Under the pieces are notes generated by a model. The model ran no database searches, was not told where the DNA came from, and worked only from the letters and a program-made list of their open reading frames with translations. Position numbers and translations under genes: made by a program. From the IMG/VR virus record IMGVR_UViG_3300046373_000069, positions 1 through 64,000 of that record: 64,000 bases of DNA. One strand, 5' to 3'. Below are positions 48,868 to 59,472 of the stretch, piece after piece. This DNA comes from a virus. The stretch's first letter is position 1; each line of letters opens with the position of its first letter.

Positions 48868-49284
48868 ATGTCGTTCAATATTCTCGCTACTAACCTGCAA
48901 CTGCAAGACACCACTACCCTCCATCTGCGCAACCCTGCCACCGACGAGCCACTGTACGCTGACGAAGCAGAGACGAAGCCACTGGAACTGGTTCTGTACG
49001 GTAAAGCTAGTAAGGTTCATCGTTCGTGGCTTACTCAAGCTATGCGGCGCGCTGAGCTTGAGCAGAAGTCCAAAAAGAAAGCAAAGACTGCTGAGGAACT
49101 GCTTGCAGAGAACGCTAAGTTCTTCGCTACGATGACTAAAGAGATTCGTAACTTTGACCTCGACGGTCGTGCTCTGGACAATAAGGAGGCTTTTGAAGCG
49201 CTATTTTCGGATACCCGCTTGCTGTGGATTGGAGAACAAGTTGCCGAAGCTCTGGGGGATGTTGAAGGTTTTTTGGCGAAATAA
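48868..49284 (+). CDS. tail assembly chaperone (G-like)
   Basis: between tube and tape measure genes; slippery T-TTT-TTG at 49269. Confidence 0.85.
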   Translation: MSFNILATNLQLQDTTTLHLRNPATDEPLYADEAETKPLELVLYGKASKVHRSWLTQAMRRAELEQKSKKKAKTAEELLAENAKFFATMTKEIRNFDLDGRALDNKEAFEALFSDTRLLWIGEQVAEALGDVEGFLAK

Positions 49285-49856
49285 GTGAAAACGTTATTCT
49301 CTACGTGAAGCATGTGGCGTGGTTAAATGTAACGCCAGATAAACATGACAAGTCACGTAGAGACTCACGTATTGAGGGAAGCCCGGAGACGGAGCTTCCC
49401 TTTCTCACTCAGTACGAACAAACTCTTGTCTCCTACTGGATCGAAGCAGGCCAAGTAACCTCTTTAGGCACTGGCCTTGCCCCACTAACTTGGGCGGAAA
49501 TCCAAGCGTGGGCTAAACAGTTTTACACAGAACAATATGTAGAGTGGGTCGAGCCTCCACGCCCCTTACGCGCAGATGGGCAACCGGACGAGCGTTTCCG
49601 AGCAAGGCCCATCCCCCTCCTAGCAACCCAGTGCGTCCTCACTGACTGGGAGCTACAAATGATTAAAAGAATGTCTCAAGAATATGTAGCCGAGTATTCA
49701 CAGAATGACCCAAGCAGGCCATGTCCGAAGGAAGTCATCCTTGATGATATCACAGAAGACGACAAACTAGCTAATGCGAATGCTTTTGAATCCGCGTTCA
49801 AGTCGCTATTTGGTGCCGATAAAGTTCCTGCTGTTGAAGCAGTTAATAACATTTAA
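49269..49856 (+). CDS. tail assembly chaperone -1 frameshift extension (GT-like)
   Basis: -1 frame open from slippery site through ORF 49305-49856; PLTW.EI.AW motif. Confidence 0.75.
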   Translation, partial: FFGEISENVILYVKHVAWLNVTPDKHDKSRRDSRIEGSPETELPFLTQYEQTLVSYWIEAGQVTSLGTGLAPLTWAEIQAWAKQFYTEQYVEWVEPPRPLRADGQPDERFRARPIPLLATQCVLTDWELQMIKRMSQEYVAEYSQNDPSRPCPKEVILDDITEDDKLANANAFESAFKSLFGADKVPAVEAVNNI

Positions 49857-49866
49857 GGAAAACTAA

Positions 49867-52800
49867 TTGGCTATGAATATCACATCACTCACCGTATCCG
49901 TCCGCAGCGAAGGCATTAAGGAAACCTCTCAGGCTCTGGGAGGTTTGTCCACGTCCGCAGCCAACGCTGCCAAGCGTATCGACGCCTTCATCGAAGCTAC
50001 TAACCGCCTGAAAGCTGCCAGCATGGGCGCTGCCACAGCAGTAGCACAGCATGCGCAGCAATCCATACAAGCGATGAACGCCGTCAGCAACGCCCTCGGG
50101 GCTGGCAACGTTGCGAGCGAATCCGCTGTCAGTTCTGGCAGAAAGCTCTCTCAGACGCTCATCGAACAGCGCCGCCAGTATGAAATGTACAACGTCTCTG
50201 CTAGGGAATACGCTCGCGCTCAAGGTGAGGCTAACCGCGTCAACCGTGAGATGGATAACGCCAAGCGTAACAGCGTATTGGTGCAGCAAAAGCGCGACTT
50301 AGACATGCTGAGCATCAGTGCAAAGCAGTATGCCGCAACTCAAGCAGAGGCAATTAAGCTCAACAGGGAGTATGACAAGGCCTCTGTCAGTCAGAAGCTT
50401 ATCCAGCAGAAGAGGGACACTGACGCGCTTACATCATCTTCTAGGCAATACGCTTCGGTACAAGCAGAAGCACTGCGAATGAATAGGGATTTCGACAAAT
50501 CTCTTGCTTCGCAAAGGCTGTTGCAGCAGCGCCGAGATATGCAGAGTTACAGTGACGCCGCCCGCGAGTACGCCCGTGCACACGCTGAAGCAATCCGCAT
50601 GAATCAGCAGTTTGACCGCGCGCTCCAACAAAGTAACGGCTCTATGCGCGAAGCTCATGGCTTTGCACGCGGTCTTGCTGGCTCGATGGGTGCGCTGTGG
50701 GTGACTTACGGCGCATTCCTCGGTATGAGTTTGGGTGTGGCACTTGGCGTAGGAATGAAGGAAGCTATCTCTGGATTCACACAAGTTGAATACCAAATGA
50801 CGTTCCTGAAGGCGCTTACCGAAGACACTACCACATCTGTGAAGTCTCTATCTCATCAGATGCATGAGGTTTCAGGTGTTCTTGGTATTTCTCCAGAGGC
50901 TGCTGCCAAGGGTTTGCGTGCACTCGGACAAGCTGGCCTTGATACACGGGACGCTCTCGCTACCCTGCCTGTCGCTTTCAAACTGGCTACTGTGGGCGAA
51001 CTGGCACTTGACTCTGCCGCACTTGCAATGACGGGTGTGATGAATGCATACGGCCTGAAAGTCCGTGACCTTGAGCACATTGGCGATATGATGTCTAAGG
51101 CTGGTGCTATGTCTGCTGCCTCTGTGGACAGTATGAGTGTGTCGATGAAGTACTCAGCAGGTACAGCAGAGCAGTATGGCGTCTCGCTTGAGAAGTTGGG
51201 CACCATTCTTACACTGCTTGGTAAGCGCGGTATTACAGGGTCGTCCGCAGGTGTCGCAGCCAATAACCTGATTGCTGAAATCTATTCTCCATCCAGCGAC
51301 AAGGCTATTCGTGCAATGGCGGCATTGGGCGTGAAAGCATACGCCGACGGTGTACGTAAAGAATTTGATGTCGTCACAGCAGAAATGAAATCCGCACTTG
51401 CCAAGTTTGATGGTGAGTCGCAAGGTAAACTGCTTGAGGACATGTTTGGTAAGAAAGGCGGCAAGGGCTTCTACGCTGTAGCTAAAGCTGGGCAAGAAGA
51501 ATTCCTCGCTATCGAGAAAGAACTTGTAGGTGCCACAGGCTTCACTGCCGAAGTTTACAAGAAAAGTTTGCAGACAATTGAAGGTCAGATGAACTTGACC
51601 AAATCTGCTATTCAAAACACCTTCGCCCAAATCGGTGAAGAATCGGCAGCTCCTATCAAAACCCTCCTCAGTACTGTCCGCGAGATTGCTAGCTCGGGGG
51701 GTGTTAAGGATGCACTTGTTGGGCTGTCTCAATCTATCAAGACTTTCCTCACCACTGTGGTCCCTGCTGCTACAGCTGTGGGTGGTTTGTGGTTGGCAAT
51801 GCGTGTAGGCCCTCCGGTGATTGCAGGCGTCACAGCAGCATTAGGCGCCCTGAGTGTAGGTAGTCTCACAACGGGCTTCGTAGCGGCTCGTACTGCTGTA
51901 ATGGGCTTCTTTGCAGCCATTCAAGCAGGCAACGTCGCAATGCTCGCTGCAAACCCAATCTTTGTCGGTATTGTCGGTGTTGTTACGCTGTTGGCTGGTG
52001 CATATCTTCTGCTCAAGCGGAATAAAGAGTCTGTCATGGACATGCACTCTCAAGAGATGAAGAACTCTGAAGACACTATCAAGAGTTTGACAGAGGAAAA
52101 CGCTCTTCTGGACCGCAAGATTAGCTTGCAGCGTCGAGGTATTTCTGGCGATGGCGAAGCTGCGGAACTGCGCAAGATGGCAAACCAAGACGCCCTCACG
52201 CTGATGAAGGAAGAAGCTGCTGCGAATCAGAAGCGTATTGACGCCTTGAGTAAGCAGGGGCCGGGGCGTTCGGAAGGCAGTGACTCTGCCCGAATGACTG
52301 AGATTGATCGTCTGACAAACGCTAACAAAGCCTTGAACAAGGCGATGGAAGATAAGGGTAAGCTTTTCGCCAAAGAGGCAGAGCTTGACCAGAAGCGTCT
52401 TGAGCGTCTGAAAATCTACCGTGAAGAGCAAAAGCTGCTGCGCGCTGGTGAGGAGTACGCAGAGCAAGGTCAAGAAACTCCTGTGGTTGGTGGCCAGAAG
52501 TACGGCGGCAAAGATGCTCAGGAGGCTGCCAAAGCTGCCAAAGAGGCATTTGCAACTGTGATGGAAGCAACTGACGCGCGGATCATGGAGGCTCGCCGTG
52601 CAATGACTTCTTTTGAAGAGGAGCAGAATAAGCTCTTCAAGGCTGGCGAAATTGGCAAGCTTCAGATGATTGAACGGGTAGGCAACGAGCAAGTTAAGCA
52701 GTATGGGAAGATTCAGCAGGCTATCTCCGAGAAACTGAGCGCCGCTCAGCGTAAGGGGGACACTTCCGAAGTGGCACGCTACCTAGGTGACCAGAAGCAA

Positions 52801-55767
52801 GCCCAAGCTGATTTTGAAGCAGCCAAGCGTACCAACTCCGCAGCCACTGAACAAGCCATCACGAACTACCAAGAAACCAACTCCCGCCTACGCGCAGCAC
52901 AACTTGAGAAAGAGGGCAAGTACCAAGCGGCAGCGGCAGAGCGTTTCTCGACCGAGCATTCCGCAGCGTACAAACAAGCTGAGGCCGATGCAACGCATTA
53001 TGCAGAAGTCGCTAAGAAGGCTCTTGCAGGAGGTGACGAGAAGGGTGCCAAAGCTGCTACAGAGAAGGCCAAAGGGGCTTCCGCAGTATTCAAGCAGCTC
53101 GGGGAAACACAGAAAGCTGCAATGGCTGATGGCTTCGACAAAGAGGCTATGGAAAGTTTCATGGCGGGTGTAACGAACCTGAAAGACAGTTTCAAGAGTA
53201 TCCAAACTGCTTACGAAGGCCAAGGCTTGGCTGCTATGTGGGAAGCTGCGTCTGCTGCCTCCGCGACATACCAGTCTAAAATTGATGAGCTGAAGCAGAA
53301 GATGGTGGGTGTTACCGACCCTAAGCAAATCGCAGCGATGAATGCTGAACTCACTAACGCAGCAGAAGCTCAACGTAAATCGTGGGTGGGTGTTGGTGAG
53401 ACAATCGGCAAGTCTCTCGAAAGTGCATTTGGCCGTGGTGGCAAGTCGATGGGAGAGTTGTTTGAAATCTCGGCTAGGTATGATCGACTTGAGAATAAAA
53501 CAGGCACAGCCCGTGTTAAGGCATATGCCGACGCAGCAGGTGCAGCTAAGGGGTTCTTCAAAGAAGGTACAACAGGTTACAAAGTGTTGGAAGGTGCTGA
53601 AAAGGCATTCCGCTTGATCGAACTTGCTGGTATGGCGAAGTCCTTGGCAGCTACTGTCGCTACAGCAGGTGCGAAAGCACTGGCTTGGGTACCAGCAGTG
53701 TTTGCGTCGTTTATGGGGTCGATGGGGCCTTACGGCGCTGTTGCCGCTGCTGCTGCACTGGCTGCTGTGGGTATCTCAGCAATGGGGGGCGGCTCTGCTC
53801 CAACGTCCGCAGAGCAACGCCAGAAGACGCAAGGTACTGGAAGCGTCCTCGGAGCCTCTGATGCTAAATCTGAGTCTATTGCTAAGAGTATTGAGCATCT
53901 GGAAAAGAATTCCGGCTTGGGCCTCTACCACAGCAGCGAAATGGTGAAGTCTCTGAAGTCCATCCAAGCCAATATCGGCAGCTTGGCTAGCATGGTGGTG
54001 CAAACCACGGGGATTAACAGCAACATGCCCGCTGACGCTGACGGCAGCATGGCTAAACTTGGCTCGGCTATCGGCTCACCCCTAAAAGCGATCCCCGGTG
54101 GCGAGTGGTTAGGGAAGCAGTATGCCAAGCTCACCAATGCTATCTTCGGAGGTAAAACTTCAGCACTTGACACTGGCTTCACAATGAAAGCCACAACTGT
54201 TGCACAAGCAGCCGCTGGAAATGTCAATGCTGGTCAGTACACCGACATGAAGAAGGATGGTGGCTTGTTTAGCAAGGACAAGTATTACACCGATATGAAA
54301 TCCTTGGGCGCTGAAGCCAACGCGCAGTTTGGCAAGATTATCGGCTCATTCGCAACAGTACTGAAAGACGCTAACAAGGAACTAGGTATCAACTCTGAAT
54401 TGTTTGCATCTGAGCTTGCCAACTTCAATATCGACATCGGCAAAATCAGCTTCAAAGATATGTCTGGTGAGGAAATCGAGAAAGAGCTTCAAGCAGTGTT
54501 CTCGAAGCTTGGTGACGATATGGCTAAGTGGGCGTTTGCTGGCCTCACACCTTTCCAGAAAGTTGGTGAAGGGATGTTGGAAACAATCTCGCGTGTCACT
54601 AATAACCTGATCCAAGTGAAGGATGTGTTTGCTGCTCTTGACAAGCAATTCTCATTGACGGGTGTGGCAGCAGTAACTGTAAGTGAGGGCTTGATTGAAT
54701 TGGCTGGTGGTATTGAGAATCTGACAGAAGGTACGAAATTCTACGTCGACAACTTTTTGACGCAAGCTGAACGTATGGCTCCAATTACGAAGTCAGTGGC
54801 TCAGCGTCTCGCAGAACTCAACATCATCGACATCAAGACAATCGAACAGTATAAGCAGAAGATTCAAACTTTGAATTTGATGAATGCAGCAGATCGTGAG
54901 TTGTACGTGAACATGATCGATTTGGCCCCTGCCTTTAAGGAAGCTGCTGATTATGCCCAAGACTTAATCGACGGCACTGTAGACCTGACGGATGCTCAAC
55001 AAAAAGCTCTCGACAAGGTGAAGGATGCGCGTTCTGCTTTGCAGGAAGCGTACGACACTGAGAAGAGCAGCCTACAAGGTGTTATTGATAAGACTAAATC
55101 GTTCATCCAAACTCTAGCTTCCTACAAAGATAGTCTGAAGCTTGGCAGCGATAGCCCTCTTACTAACATGCAGAAGTATGACGAAGCTAAGTTCCAGATG
55201 CAGAGTATTGCTGAAAAAGCTCTCGCTGGTGATCAAGCTGCGAAGGATAAGTTTACTAGCATGGCAAGCAGCTTCTTGGCAGCTTCCAAGGTTGTGAACG
55301 CGTCTGGTAACGCATACACGAGTGATTTCAACTATGTGCAGAACATGATTGATAAACTCACTGCTGGCGCACAAGCTGAAATCTCCACCGCTGAGACTTC
55401 CTTGGAGGCGTTGAACAGGCAAGTGGCAGGGCTGCTAGAAATTAATAAGAGCGTTCTCACTGTGGCTCAGGCAATCGTTAATCTGCAAACAGCAATTACG
55501 GCAGGTAGCGGTGCTGGGTTGTCGAACACGCAGATGGGGCTTGCACCTACTCCGACGATTGGCTTCTACGCGCCTGAAGGCAAGGTAAACAATGATGAGT
55601 TTATTGCAGCTATCAATCGTAACACAGAGGCTGTAAATGCGCAGCGTGAAGAGCAGAAGGCGCAAGTTGGTGCTCAAGTGGCTGCTGACATTGAAGGCAC
55701 TGATCGTATCGTTGAGACGCTCACTTCAAAAACATCAGTCAGCAATCCACAAATTAAATTAGCTTAA
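49867..55767 (+). CDS. tape measure protein
   Basis: 1966 aa, Ala-rich helical, TP901-type core, follows chaperones. Confidence 0.93.
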   Translation: MAMNITSLTVSVRSEGIKETSQALGGLSTSAANAAKRIDAFIEATNRLKAASMGAATAVAQHAQQSIQAMNAVSNALGAGNVASESAVSSGRKLSQTLIEQRRQYEMYNVSAREYARAQGEANRVNREMDNAKRNSVLVQQKRDLDMLSISAKQYAATQAEAIKLNREYDKASVSQKLIQQKRDTDALTSSSRQYASVQAEALRMNRDFDKSLASQRLLQQRRDMQSYSDAAREYARAHAEAIRMNQQFDRALQQSNGSMREAHGFARGLAGSMGALWVTYGAFLGMSLGVALGVGMKEAISGFTQVEYQMTFLKALTEDTTTSVKSLSHQMHEVSGVLGISPEAAAKGLRALGQAGLDTRDALATLPVAFKLATVGELALDSAALAMTGVMNAYGLKVRDLEHIGDMMSKAGAMSAASVDSMSVSMKYSAGTAEQYGVSLEKLGTILTLLGKRGITGSSAGVAANNLIAEIYSPSSDKAIRAMAALGVKAYADGVRKEFDVVTAEMKSALAKFDGESQGKLLEDMFGKKGGKGFYAVAKAGQEEFLAIEKELVGATGFTAEVYKKSLQTIEGQMNLTKSAIQNTFAQIGEESAAPIKTLLSTVREIASSGGVKDALVGLSQSIKTFLTTVVPAATAVGGLWLAMRVGPPVIAGVTAALGALSVGSLTTGFVAARTAVMGFFAAIQAGNVAMLAANPIFVGIVGVVTLLAGAYLLLKRNKESVMDMHSQEMKNSEDTIKSLTEENALLDRKISLQRRGISGDGEAAELRKMANQDALTLMKEEAAANQKRIDALSKQGPGRSEGSDSARMTEIDRLTNANKALNKAMEDKGKLFAKEAELDQKRLERLKIYREEQKLLRAGEEYAEQGQETPVVGGQKYGGKDAQEAAKAAKEAFATVMEATDARIMEARRAMTSFEEEQNKLFKAGEIGKLQMIERVGNEQVKQYGKIQQAISEKLSAAQRKGDTSEVARYLGDQKQAQADFEAAKRTNSAATEQAITNYQETNSRLRAAQLEKEGKYQAAAAERFSTEHSAAYKQAEADATHYAEVAKKALAGGDEKGAKAATEKAKGASAVFKQLGETQKAAMADGFDKEAMESFMAGVTNLKDSFKSIQTAYEGQGLAAMWEAASAASATYQSKIDELKQKMVGVTDPKQIAAMNAELTNAAEAQRKSWVGVGETIGKSLESAFGRGGKSMGELFEISARYDRLENKTGTARVKAYADAAGAAKGFFKEGTTGYKVLEGAEKAFRLIELAGMAKSLAATVATAGAKALAWVPAVFASFMGSMGPYGAVAAAAALAAVGISAMGGGSAPTSAEQRQKTQGTGSVLGASDAKSESIAKSIEHLEKNSGLGLYHSSEMVKSLKSIQANIGSLASMVVQTTGINSNMPADADGSMAKLGSAIGSPLKAIPGGEWLGKQYAKLTNAIFGGKTSALDTGFTMKATTVAQAAAGNVNAGQYTDMKKDGGLFSKDKYYTDMKSLGAEANAQFGKIIGSFATVLKDANKELGINSELFASELANFNIDIGKISFKDMSGEEIEKELQAVFSKLGDDMAKWAFAGLTPFQKVGEGMLETISRVTNNLIQVKDVFAALDKQFSLTGVAAVTVSEGLIELAGGIENLTEGTKFYVDNFLTQAERMAPITKSVAQRLAELNIIDIKTIEQYKQKIQTLNLMNAADRELYVNMIDLAPAFKEAADYAQDLIDGTVDLTDAQQKALDKVKDARSALQEAYDTEKSSLQGVIDKTKSFIQTLASYKDSLKLGSDSPLTNMQKYDEAKFQMQSIAEKALAGDQAAKDKFTSMASSFLAASKVVNASGNAYTSDFNYVQNMIDKLTAGAQAEISTAETSLEALNRQVAGLLEINKSVLTVAQAIVNLQTAITAGSGAGLSNTQMGLAPTPTIGFYAPEGKVNNDEFIAAINRNTEAVNAQREEQKAQVGAQVAADIEGTDRIVETLTSKTSVSNPQIKLA

Positions 55768-55778
55768 AAGGAAACCTC

Positions 55779-57269
55779 ATGGCAGTGACAAGCACGCAGT
55801 TGAAGGATTGGCTTAGGAAGACTAGCAGCGCACGCCGCTGCGTGCTTGTTGAGGTTGGTGTGTTGACAGGTGGCTCGGAAATCACGCGCTATCTGTCCAA
55901 TAAGGGCTACACCACCAAAAGTGGTGAGGCTCCTGCTAACACGCAGTACAAGCCATGTGTTTCTGGTGGTGTGACATTCACAGAGTCGTTGTCGCTAGAC
56001 GGCTCTGTGACTATCTCCACAGGCGCTATTGAGTTTGATAACACAGATGGTAAGCTGGACAGCTGGCTTATCGATGTGTGGAAGAATCGCAGTGTGAAAG
56101 TTTTTATCGGGGATGAGTTGTGGCCCCGTAGCGATTTCTATCAGATTTTCGATGGGGTTACGGACAAGCTTGATTGTACTTCCAGAGACATTGTTAGTCT
56201 TGTCGTCAGCGACAAACTCCAGCGTCTGAACACCACAGTGAGTGATGTGAAGCTGGGTGGCAGCAGTGCTAATGCAGACAAGCTAATTCCTTGGTTGTAT
56301 GGTGAGCAGTTCAACGTCACACCATTACTGGTTGATCTTGCTTACAACGAGTATCAAGTTAGCGGTGGGCCAATCAGTGAGATTGAAGAGGTGAGGGACA
56401 ATGGCGTTCCAGTGGGATTTGTTCCACTTCTCTCACAAGGGAGGTTCAGGATCACTCAAGCCCCACAAGGCACAATCACTTGTGATGTTATGGGGGATGC
56501 GCCAAACGGAGTTTACGTTGACGATGTTGTTAATATCATCAAGCGCCTTGTTAAAAGCTTCGGCAATGCTCAGCAGCGTTTCACAGACAGCGATCTGGAC
56601 TTGGTATCTTTGAACGCTTTCGCTGCTGCGAACACACAACCTGTGGGCTTGTACTTGACAGACAAAGCTAACGTGCTGGAGTGCTGCAATAAGCTCGCTG
56701 CCAGTATTGGCGCAAGGTGCGTAATGTCTCGTACCGGGTTGCTCTCGTTAATCAAGCTAGACCTGCCGCAAACCACCTCCGGTACGCTCGTCACGGCGGA
56801 CGATATTTATGAGCGCAGCCTTTATGTTAGTCAAATGCCTGACGTTATGGCTGCTGCTCAGGTTGGCTACTGTAGGAACAACACAATTCAGAATGCCCTA
56901 CAGACTGGCCTCCCACAAGACCAAATTGCTATGTATGCCCAAGAGCAGGAGTGGCTTACATCTACAAAGAAATCGGATGCTGTGGCTACCGATTATAAGT
57001 TGTTCACCAATCCTGACATGATTGAAACCCAGCTTATGACCCCCGAGGGTGCTGACAGTGAGGCAACGAGGCTCAAAACTTTGTGGGGTGTGCAGCGCAG
57101 GGTGGTGGTATATGACGGCATGCCTTGGCTCATGTTGGAGAGTTTAGGCAACCCCCAAACAGTGAAGCATCCCACACGCTTTCAACTCGCAGCGGGTGTC
57201 CGAGGCCAGATTGTCCGCATCACATCAGATTGGCTTAAAGCCAAAATTCAAATAGGAGTGCTCCTTTAA
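55779..57269 (+). CDS. tail tip/baseplate hub-type protein
   Basis: follows TMP; N.DG.LD, P.LYG..NVTP.LVD, VRDNG motifs. Confidence 0.65.
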   Translation: MAVTSTQLKDWLRKTSSARRCVLVEVGVLTGGSEITRYLSNKGYTTKSGEAPANTQYKPCVSGGVTFTESLSLDGSVTISTGAIEFDNTDGKLDSWLIDVWKNRSVKVFIGDELWPRSDFYQIFDGVTDKLDCTSRDIVSLVVSDKLQRLNTTVSDVKLGGSSANADKLIPWLYGEQFNVTPLLVDLAYNEYQVSGGPISEIEEVRDNGVPVGFVPLLSQGRFRITQAPQGTITCDVMGDAPNGVYVDDVVNIIKRLVKSFGNAQQRFTDSDLDLVSLNAFAAANTQPVGLYLTDKANVLECCNKLAASIGARCVMSRTGLLSLIKLDLPQTTSGTLVTADDIYERSLYVSQMPDVMAAAQVGYCRNNTIQNALQTGLPQDQIAMYAQEQEWLTSTKKSDAVATDYKLFTNPDMIETQLMTPEGADSEATRLKTLWGVQRRVVVYDGMPWLMLESLGNPQTVKHPTRFQLAAGVRGQIVRITSDWLKAKIQIGVLL

Positions 57270-59176
57270 TGCCGATGAAGAACCCGCGCAGTGTGGCTTT
57301 AAGAAATGCTAATCCGCGCCTACTGACTTCTCCTAACGCAGATGTGCTGCTGAGCGCAAGCACTCCAATCTTTCACGTTAATAACTCCGGCATTCCCTCG
57401 ACAAATACCATCACACTCAACGCTAGTTTGATTGCGATGGAAGGCACTGTGACGTTCACTTGTGAAGGTGGTACGCTCAGCAACATCGTGGGTAACACTT
57501 GCGCGCTGAATTATGAAACGCTCACTGGTGACAATGCCAAGGTTATTGCAACGATTACATATCGGAACAAGACGTACACTGATACAGTAGAAATCTCTAA
57601 AGTGTATGACGGGCAGAATGGCGTTGTTGGCATGAACAACGCTGTGGTGTATGCCTACCAACGCTCTGCCACGCAGCCAACAGGCACCCCGGGGGCTGTT
57701 ACGTACAGCTTCACTGCTAGGGCTATTACGAATGCCTCGCTATCTAGTGGGTGGCAGAAAATACTCCCAAGTGGTACAGGTACGTTGTGGATTACTGCAG
57801 CTACAGCTGCCTCGTCTGGCAGCAGCGATGATATCGCAGCAAATGAGTGGAGTGGTTCAGTTATACTGGCACAGGACGGTACACAGGGGACGAATGGTAT
57901 TAACAGTGCGGCAGTGACTATTTACCAGCGCACAGCCACCACAACGGCCCCTGCCCTCCCAAGTGCAGCTACTACATACACGTTTAATCCTCCGGGCCTT
58001 ACAGGGCTTACTAACGGCTGGACGACAACACTACCGAATGCCTCTGCTGGTAAATACTTGTGGGCGTCCACAGCCACTGCTGCAAACACTGCTGCTACGG
58101 ATAGTATTCCCGCTAGTGAATGGGCAGCGGCCCAGATGCTTGTGCAAGATGGCGCAGCAGGCACTCGGGGTAATGTCCAAGTAGCTCGGGCTATTCCGGG
58201 CAGCGTGTGGAGTGACTCTGAAGCTGCTCTAGCTATCTCTGGCGCGGGTTATGGCACTCCGCAGAACCGGGATATTGTAACTCTGTACAACAACTCTGCA
58301 AACTACTCTCAACAGAAATATTATGACGGCGCAGCTTGGCAAGCGTTGGCAGCATATTTTCCGGGTGGTGTGATTGTAGATGGTACAATGGATGCTACCG
58401 CGCTGAAGGCTAAAACTATCACAGGCGATAAGATTGCAGCTAGGGCGATTACGGCTACAAGTATCAATGTCTCAGGGAATAGCGACAACATTATTCCTGA
58501 CCCCCGATTTAAAGACTTAGTTTGGTGGGGGCGTGTAGGCAGCGCAGTCGGGCAATTCGCTGAAAATGGTCAAGTGACAGGGTGGAAAGGTGGTGCCTCA
58601 CTCTACTTGAGCCAAAACTCGGGCGAACTTATTAGTTATAGCCAGTATTTCGACTTGATTCCCGGCGCCACATACTTGATCGAAGTACAAGTCGGCCTGA
58701 GTAGTGATTTCAACGGGCGGGCGTCTGTGTACCTAACTATCCCCGGCGACCGGGACTACGCGATGGTTGACCGCAGTGCAGGGCAGGTGTGGTCAGATAA
58801 CTTGCCAGTACAACTCAATGCATCCTCTCCAAAAGGGATTATCACCTACTCGACCACGTACACCATCCCTACCAGTGGTACGCTATCGAAGGCGCGCATT
58901 CAAATTAGGAACAGTCACACTGTCGGGATTATTGAAGTCGGTAGCGCTAGCATCACGCGAGTTTCCGATAGTGTTTTGATTAAAGATGGCGCAGTTACAG
59001 CAAATAAAATTAGTGTAGTTTCTCTGTCTGCTATTAATGTAGATGTGGGATTTCTTACTAGCAGAGCCGGAGGCCCCGGTGCTGGATACGGAGCAGGTAC
59101 GGAAATTCAGAAGGATCAGATTCGCATCTACGACGAAGCTGGGAACTTGAGACTACTCGACGGGAGGTTAAACTAA
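57269..59176 (+). CDS. tail fibre/tip protein with carbohydrate-binding-like domain
   Basis: repeated YQR.AT.P units, IT.DKIAA.AITA, NII.DP.F domain, IRIYD..GNLR end. Confidence 0.7.
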   Translation: MPMKNPRSVALRNANPRLLTSPNADVLLSASTPIFHVNNSGIPSTNTITLNASLIAMEGTVTFTCEGGTLSNIVGNTCALNYETLTGDNAKVIATITYRNKTYTDTVEISKVYDGQNGVVGMNNAVVYAYQRSATQPTGTPGAVTYSFTARAITNASLSSGWQKILPSGTGTLWITAATAASSGSSDDIAANEWSGSVILAQDGTQGTNGINSAAVTIYQRTATTTAPALPSAATTYTFNPPGLTGLTNGWTTTLPNASAGKYLWASTATAANTAATDSIPASEWAAAQMLVQDGAAGTRGNVQVARAIPGSVWSDSEAALAISGAGYGTPQNRDIVTLYNNSANYSQQKYYDGAAWQALAAYFPGGVIVDGTMDATALKAKTITGDKIAARAITATSINVSGNSDNIIPDPRFKDLVWWGRVGSAVGQFAENGQVTGWKGGASLYLSQNSGELISYSQYFDLIPGATYLIEVQVGLSSDFNGRASVYLTIPGDRDYAMVDRSAGQVWSDNLPVQLNASSPKGIITYSTTYTIPTSGTLSKARIQIRNSHTVGIIEVGSASITRVSDSVLIKDGAVTANKISVVSLSAINVDVGFLTSRAGGPGAGYGAGTEIQKDQIRIYDEAGNLRLLDGRLN

Positions 59177-59472
59177 TGGCCCAGTACGGCGGAGCAACAT
59201 ACCGCAACAACAAAGTAGTGCTAGACCCAGCGGGAGGGGGTGGCATCTTTGTAGCTCGTGTGACATTCAACGACCAATACACTAGGTACACATACACCGA
59301 TCTTGACACTATGACTTTGTTCGGGTTCGACCTTACAGGCGGATATCACAACGTGGTGTATGGGAGGGACGGTAGCGGTTTTCCCTATGTAGAGGCAATG
59401 GGGTTCACCCCTGCACCGGACACCCCTAGTGGCCTAGACTACACAACCACAGTTGCGGTGTTTGCGAGATGA
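59176..59472 (+). CDS. small tail-tip accessory protein
   Basis: coupled to fibre gene. Confidence 0.55.
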   Translation: MAQYGGATYRNNKVVLDPAGGGGIFVARVTFNDQYTRYTYTDLDTMTLFGFDLTGGYHNVVYGRDGSGFPYVEAMGFTPAPDTPSGLDYTTTVAVFAR

